Source: Candidatus Latescibacterota bacterium (GTDB lineage: Bacteria > Latescibacterota > UBA2968). From it: 64,000 nt of DNA. This document shows, in pieces, positions 18,467-28,194 of this stretch (position 1 is the stretch's first letter; every line of letters begins with the position of its first letter). Under the pieces are notes generated by a model, which had not been told where the DNA came from, did no database searches, and saw only the letters and a program-made list of their open reading frames with translations. Both the position numbers and the translations under genes were made by a program. Location: assembly GCA_965198115.1 (NCBI GenBank), contig OZ240241.1:4288001-4352000 (forward strand), written 5' to 3'.

Positions 18467-19609
18467 TTGTTGCCGAAGTGTAGGTTGGCTGTGCATTCAG
18501 CTCCCCTTCTTCTGCTTCTCGTCGTCGCACCCTCTGCCTGGGGTGGCGACACCTCCACGCCCAATCCCATCGCCGGATCCCCGGCTCCGTCCGGAGGTTC
18601 CAGCGCGCCTGAAGATGTGGCGGGGATGGGCGTATTCCGTTTTCGCGACACCCAGACCGGCACGATCTGGAACGTCACCAGTGTGGCCGAATCCGGACCG
18701 CTCGTCGGACGGCGCCTCACGCGAGTCCCCGCTTACAGCGCTTATTGGGTTCGGCTGGGCCTCCTTCTGGCCGCGAACGGCCGCCCATAAGCAAGTGGGC
18801 GGCACCGAACCCTTCGACCCTACCAGCATTCGGAGCGCAGTTCCCCTCGAGGAAATCCTGGGCGATGTCCCCATAGACGCGATTCCACCGCTCAATCGCC
18901 CCAGACAGAATCAGGGATAGGCCAACTTCACATCCGCCCGCGTTGCCGATCACGTGGCCGATGAAGAGGTCGTCATCGGGGTGGAGTTCGATGGGGACGC
19001 CCGAGCCTATCCCGTTCGAATCATGAACTGGCACGAAATCGTCAACCACACCGTGGGGAATCGCAAGATCAGCCTCACCTACTGTCCCCTGACCGCCTCC
19101 GGCGTCGCCTACGACGCAACCGACATCGAGTTCGGCAACTCGGGCGCGCTCTACAACAACAATAACATGGTGATGTACGATCGAGGGTCACGGAGTCTGT
19201 GGTCGCAGATGCGGGCAAATGCCATCGCCGGAAACGCTGTCCCGGCAGGCATCGATCTGGTTCCGGTGTTCCAGGGAACGTGGGCGGCCTGGAAAGCCAT
19301 GTATCCCGAATCGCAGGTCCTCACCCGAAACACGGGCTTCATTCGGGACTATACGGGGGATATTTACATCGATCGGGGCTACACGACCAACAACCAGATC
19401 TGGCTCGCGCAATCGCCAGCGATCGACGAACGCTATCACCCGAAGGAAATGGTGCTAGGCCTGCTTAGTGACACGCACACCAAAGCGTATCCCTTCTCAA
19501 CGCTGGTTGAAGAACCAGTCGTGAACGACTCGTTCGAGAGGGGGTCACAGCAGTCCCCTTCAGTCGGATCGTGGACGGCCAATCGCTCACGTTCGAAGCC
19601 TTGCCTTGA
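18467..19609 (+). pseudogene. Disrupted, circularly permuted DUF3179-family secreted protein
   Basis: DAIPPL, VIGV..DG.ARAYP...M.WHEIVN, TYCPLT.SG, FGNSG.LY..N.VMYD....SLWSQ; +1 G near 18745, in-frame TAG at 18918-18920, frameshift near 19540. Confidence 0.75.
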
Positions 19610-20470
19610 TCAATTGGGGCCGTCGTAGGCGTAAGGTTTGTTCCTTCTGATGTGGTCCTCGCCGGGATCGTCCACGATAGGTATCTCATTCTCGATCTCG
19701 CACCCCTCGAATACATCCTCACATCCCCGCTGGAGCCGATACCCGCCCTTTCGTCGGAGCCACGACACGTTGTGAACCATCGCGATCATGAACCTTGTTT
19801 CGGTGCCCGCGTTCGGCATGCCGCGGTGCCAGAGACGCATGTCGCGAATCAGGACGGATCCTTTTGTCGTCTCTCCCAGGACCGGCGGCACGGTCTTTCG
19901 CCGCTCCTCGACAGCGCTCTCGTCAACCCGGATGTCCTGACCAATCACCTGACGTAAATCCAGATGCGTGCCAGGCCACAACTCGATGGCCCCGTTCTCT
20001 GCCGTCGTGTCTCCGAGTGCCAGGTTGACCGCGAGTCGCGACGCGGGCGGCGCAACGGCCAGACCGGGCCACAGCTGACCGTCGTCCACGTGAACCGGCT
20101 GGATCGTGCTCCCCGGCACATTGGAATTCCCCGTCACCCCGTTGATGTAGGCACCCGCTCCCAACACGGAACGCGTAATCTGGCAGGCGAAAGGGTTGGC
20201 TACCACGTCGCGAAAGATGTATTTTGCGTAGGGGGGCGGATGCTGCTGGATGTTTCCCCACACGAAGTTATGCGGAACAACGGAGAGTGACTGGATCTTC
20301 TTCAGGTCCTTCTCCATCTGAACCCGCAGCGTGTCCAGATGATCGTGATCGACCACGTCCTTGATCACGATGAACCCGGTTTCCCCGAGGGCGGTCACTG
20401 CCGCGTGCAGATGAGCTTCACCAAACGACTCTCTAGCCAGCTCCTCGCGTGTGGGTTTTAGTCCATCCAT
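19610..20470 (-). CDS. Phytanoyl-CoA dioxygenase (PhyH) family Fe(II)/2OG enzyme, KanJ-like
   Basis: QPVHVD, ENGAIELWPGTH, RD.RLWHRG.PN....R. Confidence 0.88.
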   Translation of the reverse strand: MDGLKPTREELARESFGEAHLHAAVTALGETGFIVIKDVVDHDHLDTLRVQMEKDLKKIQSLSVVPHNFVWGNIQQHPPPYAKYIFRDVVANPFACQITRSVLGAGAYINGVTGNSNVPGSTIQPVHVDDGQLWPGLAVAPPASRLAVNLALGDTTAENGAIELWPGTHLDLRQVIGQDIRVDESAVEERRKTVPPVLGETTKGSVLIRDMRLWHRGMPNAGTETRFMIAMVHNVSWLRRKGGYRLQRGCEDVFEGCEIENEIPIVDDPGEDHIRRNKPYAYDGPN

Positions 20471-20477
20471 CTGTTGT

Positions 20478-22019
20478 CTACTCCTCTCCTCGCAGAATGG
20501 CTGTCGCCATCGCGCGCGCTGTCACGCCGGGCAGCCATCGGCCGAGCCCTGCGGCCAATCTGTTCGGCCATCCCGGTACGAGCGACCGTTTCCGACGCTC
20601 GACGGCCCACAGGATCCGATCCGCCAGCTCTTCCGGCGCCATACGTTTGTGTTCTCTGCTGTTATCCGGGCTGTGTTGCCTTGCGTGCGCCGTTCGAGTG
20701 GGCCCTGGGAACACCGTCAGCACGTTCACGCTCAGGCCCTTCATTGCCGCACGCACGCTGCGAGCATAAGACGCGATCCCGTCTTTCGTCGCAGAATACA
20801 CCGAAGCCCCGGGGTAGCCTAAGAAGTGTGACAACGAACTGACAAACACGATCGTCCCACCCGCCCTGATGTGTCTGGCTTCCAAAAGACGCGCCGTCAC
20901 GACCATCGGCCCGGTCAGGTTCACGGCCACGATCTTCATCAGCGAGTCGAGTTCGAGCGAGGGCAACCTCCCGACCGCGTTGATCCCTGCGTTGTGGACG
21001 AGCAGATCGATCGGGTCACCTCGCAGCAGTCGATCGTTCGGTCATTGGCGTCGTTATCGCCGAGGTCACCCACCACGTATCGCGCACACGATCCGATCGC
21101 CGCCAACTCCTCCTCGGCAGTGCGCGAACGCGCCGCGTCGACGTCCACGCCCGTGATGTGCGTGCCATCCTGCGCAAGACGCCAGGCCAGCGCCTTTCCG
21201 ATGCCGTCAGCCGCGCCCGTCACAACAGCGTGCTCGATCTTCGCGCGGCGAGTCGCACAATCAGCTTCAGCCGACCCAGGCGATCGCAGCGCTGCATCCG
21301 CCAGCCGAGGGCATCGCCGGCCAACAGCCCACGCGACACGGTTTCCGAACCCCAGAACAGCACGCTGTCGGCGCCCGATCGCCCCGTCGACTTTCTTAGC
21401 GATCGACGCGGCCGAAGGAAAACGCCGCCAGTCAACACGGTCGCTCGTCAACCCCATTTTCTCGTGCAAACCTGTCCGCGTTGCCCCGGGATGGATGACC
21501 TGAACCGTCACCCTGGGCTCCAACTCGTAGGCGAGACTGCGCACCAGCCCGTCCACTGCTGCCTTGGTCGCGCCGTAAACCGCGTATTCGGGACACGCCA
21601 GAGCGGAGACAACCGAGCCGATGAAAACGACGTGTCCTTCGACCTTCTTCAGACGACCGAAGAGCGTGTGGGTCAGCGACACCGGCGCGCCGAGATTGAC
21701 GGCGACGACCCTGCGAATATCCTCGTTCGTTTCGACCTCGGTCCTGCCCCAGTAACCGGTGCCCGCATTGTGGATGAGAAGGTCGATCGCGTCTACCTTC
21801 CACACCTCACACCATCGCTCGACCTCTTTCCACATTCCTCGAGAGACAGATCAGCCTGGCAGTAGGTCGGTTCCGAAAAAACAAGGGATCATCGAGCGCC
21901 GAAAGACTCCGCCGGCCAACCAGAACCAATCGATCGTTCCGCATCGCAAACCGCCGGGCAAGAGCCAATCCGATGCCGTCCGTAGCCCCGGTGATCATGA
22001 CCGTCCGCGCCAAACTCAT
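20478..22019 (-). pseudogene. Tandem two-domain short-chain dehydrogenase, frameshifted
   Basis: Two TGA.DGIG, two HNAG and two YxxxK motifs (YGATK, YSATK) spread over three frames; shifts near 21860 and 21020. Confidence 0.75.
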
Positions 22020-22037
22020 TCCCATTCGTCCGTCGAA

Positions 22038-22066
22038 TTGACACCGTCGGCATGCCCCGGTATATT
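22038..22066 (+). promoter_or_regulatory. sigma70 promoter of purH
   Basis: TTGACA-17 nt-TATATT. Confidence 0.75.
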
Positions 22067-22113
22067 GGACGCCCACGACACGTTCCCCCGTCGTCGTGCG
22101 ACCGACGATGCGT

Positions 22114-22153
22114 AGCCTGGGCACGATCTCCCCTCGATCACCCGGGCTTTTTT
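22114..22153 (+). terminator. Leader (attenuator-like) terminator upstream of purH
   Basis: AGCCTGGG...CCCGGGCT followed by TTTTT, between the promoter and the start codon. Confidence 0.6.
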
Positions 22154-22195
22154 CATGCCACGCCCGTTCATTCAACGCCCTTCAGAGGTTTCTGA

Positions 22196-23368
22196 ATGCC
22201 GACCGAACTCGAACTTCGATATGGAATGAATCCGCATCAAAAGCCGGCACGCGTCTATCGGAAGGACGGTGGTGAACTGCCTTTCAAAGTGCTGCGCGGC
22301 GCCCCGGGCTACGTCAATCTCCTCGATGCCCTGAACGCGTGGCAACTGTCCCGCGAACTCAGACAGGTCTTCGGGATGCCGGGGGCGGCTTCGTTCAAGC
22401 ACGTCAGCCCCGCAGGGGCCGCCGTGGCCGTCCCATTGCCGGAGACCCTCAAGAGGGCCTATTTCGTCGAAGACCTCGACCTGTCCCCCGTCGCAACGGC
22501 CTACGCCCGCGCCAGAGGGGCCGACCGGTTGTCATCCTACGGGGACTTCGCGGCTGTCAGCGATGTCGTCGACGTCTCCCTCGCCAGCCTTCTTCGGCGA
22601 GAAGCGTCGGACGCCATCATCGCGCCGGGTTACGAACCTGATGCTCTTGAAATTCTGGATGGAAAAAAGAAAGCGTTTCTTATTGTCGAAGTCGACCCCG
22701 ACTACCACCCGCACGAAATCGAGTCGCGGGAGGTCTTCGGTGTAACCCTGGAGCAGCACCGGAACGATCGCACAACCGGTCCCGAGCTCCTCCAGAATGT
22801 CGTGACCCGGGCAAAGGACATCCCCGAGGAAGCCCGCCGTGACCTCCTCGTCGCATCTATCGCCCTCAAGTATACACAGTCGAACTCGATCTGTTTCGCA
22901 AAAGGGGGTCAGGTCATCGGCGTCGGGGCCGGCCAGCAAAATCGTCTCGCGTGCACCGACCTGGCCGGCCGCAAGGCTGAAGCCTGGCATCTGCGAACTC
23001 ATCCCAAGGTTCTCGACATGAAGTTCGTACCCAAGCTCATGCGCCCACAAAAGATCAACGCCATCGAGCAATACTTGGGAGGGCGAATGTCGACCGAGGA
23101 GCACGAGGCGTGGCGGGCGAACTTTTCCGAACTGCCTCCCTCCATCTCCGATGAAGAGAAATCCGCCTGGCTGAAAAATCTAACCGAGGTGTCACTCAGT
23201 TCGGATGCCTATATCCCGTTTCGGGACAACATCGATCGGGCGGCCCGCACGGGCGTCCACTATATCGTGCAGACCGGAGGATCGGTGCGAGACGAGGATG
23301 TCATCGACGCGTGCGATAAATATGATATCGCCATGGTTATGTCAGGTATACGCCTATTCCACCATTAG
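22196..23368 (+). CDS. purH: AICAR formyltransferase (transformylase-only PurH, lacks the N-terminal IMP cyclohydrolase domain)
   Basis: Begins at LRYGMNPHQ; SFKHVSPAGAA, KYTQSNS, GAGQQ.R, SDA..PF.DN, RLFHH. Confidence 0.88.
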   Translation: MPTELELRYGMNPHQKPARVYRKDGGELPFKVLRGAPGYVNLLDALNAWQLSRELRQVFGMPGAASFKHVSPAGAAVAVPLPETLKRAYFVEDLDLSPVATAYARARGADRLSSYGDFAAVSDVVDVSLASLLRREASDAIIAPGYEPDALEILDGKKKAFLIVEVDPDYHPHEIESREVFGVTLEQHRNDRTTGPELLQNVVTRAKDIPEEARRDLLVASIALKYTQSNSICFAKGGQVIGVGAGQQNRLACTDLAGRKAEAWHLRTHPKVLDMKFVPKLMRPQKINAIEQYLGGRMSTEEHEAWRANFSELPPSISDEEKSAWLKNLTEVSLSSDAYIPFRDNIDRAARTGVHYIVQTGGSVRDEDVIDACDKYDIAMVMSGIRLFHH

Positions 23369-23426
23369 GTTTTTAACATTATATTAAACAATAGTATATA
23401 TTTATTTATACAGATTATACAGAATC

Positions 23427-23476
23427 TTGACGTAACGTAAAATTTTGTTGACTTTAACGTTACGTTAAAGTATGTT
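23427..23476 (+). promoter_or_regulatory. Promoter with palindromic operator(s) upstream of a MerR-family gene
   Basis: TTGACT-17-TATGTT overlapped by the perfect IR ACTTTAACGT-T-ACGTTAAAGT (23451-23471); related half-sites TTGACGTAACGTAAA at 23427-23441. Confidence 0.7.
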
Positions 23477-23487
23477 TTCTGGAGTCG

Positions 23488-23982
23488 GTGGATCTCACAG
23501 GGGGTGCATTGAGCCAATCGACCATCATGCGAATTGGAAAGCTGGCAGAACGGGCAGGCACGACGACTCGCGCTGTTCGTTTCTACGAAGAGGTGGGTCT
23601 TATTAAGCCCTGCCATCGGACCTCGGGCGGGTTTCGCTGCTACAACGATCACCAGCTCAAAGAACTCCAGATGATTCTGAGTCTGAAGGAACTGGGTTTC
23701 GATTTGGACCAGATCCGTCAGATTCTTCAAAAGCGTTTTGCTCACCCGACGGGTGGAAACCTGGCTCAAGATGTCCTGCAGGACATGCACGGTCGGCTGG
23801 AAGAACTGAACAACCAGATCGAATCCTTGGGTCACATGCGCGACAAGCTGGTAGGCACGATCGACAGTCTTTGCGAGTGCTTGCCGTGTCAAATTCGACT
23901 GGATGAGAGGCTGTGCGAGGAGTGCGAAAAAATGCGGGACGAGACTTGTGTCCCGTTTTTCCACACGATTCAGAGCAATTAA
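23488..23982 (+). CDS. MerR family transcriptional regulator with Cys-rich C-terminus
   Basis: MRIGKLA...GTT.RAVRFYEE.GLI.P..T.GGFR.Y, LGF.L.QI; tail CECLPC-x8-CEEC-x7-C. Confidence 0.9.
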   Translation: MDLTGGALSQSTIMRIGKLAERAGTTTRAVRFYEEVGLIKPCHRTSGGFRCYNDHQLKELQMILSLKELGFDLDQIRQILQKRFAHPTGGNLAQDVLQDMHGRLEELNNQIESLGHMRDKLVGTIDSLCECLPCQIRLDERLCEECEKMRDETCVPFFHTIQSN

Positions 23983-24029
23983 AAAAAGCCGTCGGCTTCG
24001 GACCCTGACAAGATCGAAGCCGACGACTC
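23981..24029. terminator. Hairpin/terminator between merR and the sigma factor
   Basis: AAAAAAAGCCGTCGGCTTCG...CGAAGCCGACG inverted repeat. Confidence 0.5.
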
Positions 24030-24141
24030 GAACACGCTACCAAAAAGCGTAACGCTGTGTGTCTTGAAAGTATAATGACCTCCTGCCGACTGTCAACCTG
24101 GCAGGATGGAAGCGATCTGACAGCGACGAACGGGGACTGAC

Positions 24142-24963
24142 ATGCCCGGAGTATCCGACAGCACGGATCAATACCTGCGGGAAATCCGAAAATACACGCC
24201 TCTGTCGCGGGAAGATGAGGGAAAGACCATCGTTCAGGCACGGAAAGGCGACCGTAGCGCCCTCGATAAGATCATCACGGCCAACCTTCGCTTCGTCGTG
24301 AGGGTGGCTGGCGAGTACACGGGACGAGGACTCCCCATGTCGGACCTGATCGCGGAGGGCAACGTCGGACTCATCCGCGCGACAGAGACCTTCGACCCCG
24401 CTCGCGGCCATAAATTCATCACCTACGCTGTCTGGTGGATCAGGCAGGCCATTCTGTCGGCCCTCAACAAGCAGACGCACACGGTTTCGGTCCCCGTGAA
24501 TCAGATCGACGATCACGACGTCGTTTCCCGGACCGCTCGGCTCCTCACACAACAGTTGGGGCGAGCCCCGAGCATCGAAGAAATCGCCGAAAGCACAGAA
24601 ATGTCGCTTCGTCGTGTACGTCGTGCGATGGAGGCCAAACAACCGTCCCTGTCGATGGACAGTCCGATCTATTCCGACGGTACAATACGCTACGCCGACA
24701 CATTCGAGGCCGACGAACCGTCTCCCGACGAACGTGTTCACGACGCCCACGTCCGGCAACTCCTGCGCCAAGGTCTGGACGAACTCCCGGAGCGTGAGGC
24801 GAAGATCCTGGGCCTCTACTACGGCCTCGAGACCGACGAACCTGCATCACTCGAGCAGGTTGGGCGTGAGTTTCAGATCTCACGCGAGCGCGTGCGCCAG
24901 ATCAAAGATCGCGCCCTCAGCCGCTTGAAGCTCCACCTGGTCGAGGAGGAAATCGTACTCTGA
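24142..24963 (+). CDS. RNA polymerase sigma-70 factor, RpoD/SigA-like alternative sigma (no region 1.1)
   Basis: YLREI, ANLRFVV.VA, DLIAEGNVGL, FDP.RG.KF.TYAVWWIRQ, SRERVRQI. Confidence 0.92.
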   Translation: MPGVSDSTDQYLREIRKYTPLSREDEGKTIVQARKGDRSALDKIITANLRFVVRVAGEYTGRGLPMSDLIAEGNVGLIRATETFDPARGHKFITYAVWWIRQAILSALNKQTHTVSVPVNQIDDHDVVSRTARLLTQQLGRAPSIEEIAESTEMSLRRVRRAMEAKQPSLSMDSPIYSDGTIRYADTFEADEPSPDERVHDAHVRQLLRQGLDELPEREAKILGLYYGLETDEPASLEQVGREFQISRERVRQIKDRALSRLKLHLVEEEIVL

Positions 24964-24984
24964 TTTCAGACTGAGTTCGAATTG

Positions 24985-25020
24985 AAAGTCCCCCGCTGGG
25001 TTTCCCAGCGGGGGACTTTC
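24985..25020. terminator. Bidirectional terminator
   Basis: Perfect IR GAAAGTCCCCCGCTGGG/CCCAGCGGGGGACTTTC between convergent genes. Confidence 0.75.
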
Positions 25021-25113
25021 AATCTTACGATTTCGTTCACCACAAGCGAGGGCCCTGACTGTCCTTCCCGGGCCTTCCGTTGAACGTCACGTGACCGCAG
25101 CCGGGGTCACACC

Positions 25114-25836
25114 CTAATTGCTGAACCCGAAGCTGACACCTCCCCAAACCGAGGTGTCTGGGTTGACACCGTCGTCGGCAAACGTCACACCGATAATCGG
25201 AGTGATTGACGTGCCGCCTGCCACGAACCCGACCGACGCGCCGAGTGTCACATCGTTCCAACCAGCACGGTCGCCGTAGCCGTCGCCGCTGAATCCCACC
25301 GATGCGCTCACAGCCAGTGCGGGTGCATTCTCATCCTCGCTCAGCGGAAACTCCGGACTGACACCCAGCGCAGCGTAGTAGTCGTCGATCAAGCCGAAGT
25401 CGTAATACACCGTAACGCTTGGTGCCAGAGCATTGTCGAAGCTGAGGTTACCGTAAGCTTCTTCGGAGTGCTCGGCGCCCGATCCACCGTTCGGGAACGT
25501 ATACTGGATGTAGCCGACTGAGAAGCTAACGGGGCTTTCCGGGAAGCTGCCGCTGTAGTCTACCGTAAAATCGAGTTCATCGGCCCCCTCGGTTGCCGTA
25601 CGACTCTGCGCGAAGAAAGAACCCCAGATGTTGAACGAAACGCCCGATTCCGCAAAACCGAACGTCAGACTGGGCTGGAGAACGAGCTTGTTGTCCGCCC
25701 CCAGAATACCCCCCCTCCAGAGATAGCCGGAAAGGGCGTCGACCGACCCTTCGACCGTAATGTTGGATTGTGCGCTGGCCGGAGCGAGGGCGCCCAGAGT
25801 AAGAATCGTGGTAAGAATCAGACCGGATTTACGCAT
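25114..25836 (-). CDS. TorF/TIGR02001-like putative outer-membrane porin
   Basis: Signal peptide (PASA-Q), S.YLWRG, QP.L, E.D..V.Y, GYIQY.FP, beta-strand C-terminus; GGAGGAGG RBS. Confidence 0.7.
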   Translation of the reverse strand: MRKSGLILTTILTLGALAPASAQSNITVEGSVDALSGYLWRGGILGADNKLVLQPSLTFGFAESGVSFNIWGSFFAQSRTATEGADELDFTVDYSGSFPESPVSFSVGYIQYTFPNGGSGAEHSEEAYGNLSFDNALAPSVTVYYDFGLIDDYYAALGVSPEFPLSEDENAPALAVSASVGFSGDGYGDRAGWNDVTLGASVGFVAGGTSITPIIGVTFADDGVNPDTSVWGGVSFGFSN

Positions 25837-26337
25837 TTTCTGCCTCCTCCTAGGCATGGTTCCGATACGTGAATTGGACTCAATGAAGTATACCGAGTCA
25901 CGTGATCTGAATGTGTTAAATCCCAATGAACTTTAGGTTTCCAACCGTGAACTGTCGATGGCCAGGTTCGCCCGCTCTCTCGCCAGAACCCAACACTGAC
26001 GAAAGGGTGCACGTGGTCCATCGTGCTTCCCTGGTGTCTTCTGACTGGCCGGGGCTGCGGGCTGACGAACACCTTCCCATCCTCCTCTTCCACGGTGTTT
26101 TACGTGGATTCCGATAAATGCCACGCCGGTGAAATATGACAGAATCGTGATTCTTAATCGTGGGAGAACGAGGGGGAGGCTAACCAAACACTCTCTCAGT
26201 CTGGGCGAATACGACTCCGCAGTCGATTGAGGACGTGTTACGGGGATGTGAACACACCTGAACGGCAGATCACACAAAGAAGGCCCCCCGGCGATGAATC
26301 GCCGGGGCCGTAGAATTTCCACCACGAACCGAAATCT

Positions 26338-27498
26338 TCAGGGGCTCTTGATCAGCTTTCGGAGTCGGCCGAGTTCCTGCTCGACTGCCCGGATCTGGTT
26401 GAACAACACGTCTTCGGGGGGCGGCGGCGTTCGAAGGTCGTGCGACAGAGCAGTGGTCGAAGCACTTGGATCGAACTCACTCAGCTCACGACTTCCGGCA
26501 TCGGCCGTCGTCCGTTCAGTCACATTGACCTCCGCAGCCACGTCACGATTTCCCTTTTCCAACCGAATCTGAATCGCCGTCCCGGGTGGCGTCTCCATCA
26601 CCAGCCGCCTCAGGTGGAAAGGCCCTGTAACGGTGTGGCCACCGTAGGCCAGAATCCGATGTCCCTCGCGAATCCCGCACTTCCACGCGGGGCCCCCTTC
26701 GGCAACGCGAGTGACCACCACCGGGTAGGAATGTTCGTCGACTTCGACGCCCAGCCAACCGTAGTTCACCTGACCCTGTCGGACGAGGTCTCGGGCAATG
26801 CGTTCCAGCCGGTTGATCGGAATCACGAACACGGTCATCGGCGCTTCCTGCGCGACCGACGCCAGCGGATCACCCGACTGGAAGGGGGCCGCCCAGACCA
26901 TGCCCAGAACCTGTCCGGCGCTGTCGAACACGGGCGCCCCGCCGTAGCTGGGGTGGACGGATGAAGTGAGCTGAATCAGGTCTTCGTCCGGGTTGACCTC
27001 GTGAACCGAACCGATCGACGGCATCAACTGACCGAACGCGTTTCCGAGAATGAAGGAGTAGTGCCCCACGCGTACACCGTCGGAATCTCCGGGGCGAATG
27101 TGTGGCAGATCATCGGACGCGTCGAGATGGATCACAGCGACGTCGGACGCCGGGTCGGACGCCACAAAGGACGCCGTACGTGTTTCGCCGCTATCCAGAG
27201 TGACGCGGATTTCGCGAGCACCCACAACCGCTTTGTCCACGGTCAACACGAAACCCTCGGGGTCGAAAACGAACCCCGTTCCGTGTGTGTAACCCGAGCC
27301 GTACTGCATCGACTCGGCGTGGCTACCGGGCGAATAGATCGCGTGAATTCGAACCACACATCCGCGGTTCTGCTCGAGCAGCAGGGCGATCTCTTTCTCG
27401 ATCGCCTGCAGGATGCCCTCTCCACGTGCGGACGTAGGAACGCCCGCCATTCCGAGGATGAGAACGACGGGCAGGTATGTTCGAGTGAATTTCGACAT
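26338..27498 (-). CDS. HtrA/DegP-like trypsin plus PDZ protein with a degenerate catalytic triad
   Basis: GTGFVF, D...DVAVI, GDSD.VRVG, GWLGV PDZ motif; His site reads LTVDKAV and Ser site reads PSYGGAP. Confidence 0.8.
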   Translation of the reverse strand: MSKFTRTYLPVVLILGMAGVPTSARGEGILQAIEKEIALLLEQNRGCVVRIHAIYSPGSHAESMQYGSGYTHGTGFVFDPEGFVLTVDKAVVGAREIRVTLDSGETRTASFVASDPASDVAVIHLDASDDLPHIRPGDSDGVRVGHYSFILGNAFGQLMPSIGSVHEVNPDEDLIQLTSSVHPSYGGAPVFDSAGQVLGMVWAAPFQSGDPLASVAQEAPMTVFVIPINRLERIARDLVRQGQVNYGWLGVEVDEHSYPVVVTRVAEGGPAWKCGIREGHRILAYGGHTVTGPFHLRRLVMETPPGTAIQIRLEKGNRDVAAEVNVTERTTADAGSRELSEFDPSASTTALSHDLRTPPPPEDVLFNQIRAVEQELGRLRKLIKSP

Positions 27499-27546
27499 GA
27501 TGGGGTCTGACAGCTTTCCCCTCCCGGGGAGGATCGTGTCGGCCGA

Positions 27547-28167
27547 CTAAAAGGAAACAGGAACCCGACGGACTGCCCCACGGGGGGGCGGGGGAAAGGC
27601 GGTCGTATTTCGGGAAACACTTCGGGTTCGATAGAGCCGTCGTGAAAGCGCGTAGGACTCGGCCTGCGAGAGCTGCCGGAGTGCGCCACGATCGACGGGC
27701 TCCGCTGGCACGGTCGCCATAGGCCGGTTCATCGCACCGTAGATCCGCACGGCCATCTCTGGTTCGAGAAGCACCTCGGTTTCGGTCGCGGATGGATCGG
27801 CCGCCACCTGAATGTCGGTCGAATCCGTGAACAGGCTCGACACCCCCAGCGCGAGCGCGGCGGCGACAGCGCCCGTAAGCAGGCCGCGCCGGGCCGTCGG
27901 GAACAGAAGGGCCCGAACACGCCGACGGGCAGTCTGTTCCTTGTTCGCCTCCGTGAGGATGCGACTTCGAAGAGCGAACTCGAACCCGGCAGACGGCCGG
28001 ATTTCCGGCAGTTCACTCAACTTCCGCCGGAGCGAGGTCATCGTGCGGTAGGCTTCGGCGAAGGCCGGGTTTTCTTCGATCGCCTGAGCCATTCTCACCG
28101 TGTCGCCGTCGGACAACTCTCCGTCGACATAATCCGACAACCTTCGATGAAACGCTTCCGCATCCAT
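27547..28167 (-). CDS. Anti-sigma factor (RseA-like, one TM helix)
   Basis: LSDYVDGELS N-terminal anti-sigma domain, TM AVAAALALGV, directly downstream of an ECF sigma. Confidence 0.75.
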   Translation of the reverse strand: MDAEAFHRRLSDYVDGELSDGDTVRMAQAIEENPAFAEAYRTMTSLRRKLSELPEIRPSAGFEFALRSRILTEANKEQTARRRVRALLFPTARRGLLTGAVAAALALGVSSLFTDSTDIQVAADPSATETEVLLEPEMAVRIYGAMNRPMATVPAEPVDRGALRQLSQAESYALSRRLYRTRSVSRNTTAFPPPPRGAVRRVPVSF

Positions 28168-28194
28168 AGTAAAGTTCACTCCTGGTTTGATGAA

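Noticed and set aside
18918-18920. Recoded stop (Sec/Pyl) in the DUF3179 gene
   Set aside because: The codon is TAG at a non-catalytic position, and the gene has two further frameshifts; decay is the simpler explanation
22070-22153. Canonical ZMP/ZTP riboswitch
   Set aside because: Only the GCCTGGGCA 3' motif is present; the GACTGGCG/P2 half and the pseudoknot partner are missing. Kept as an unassigned leader
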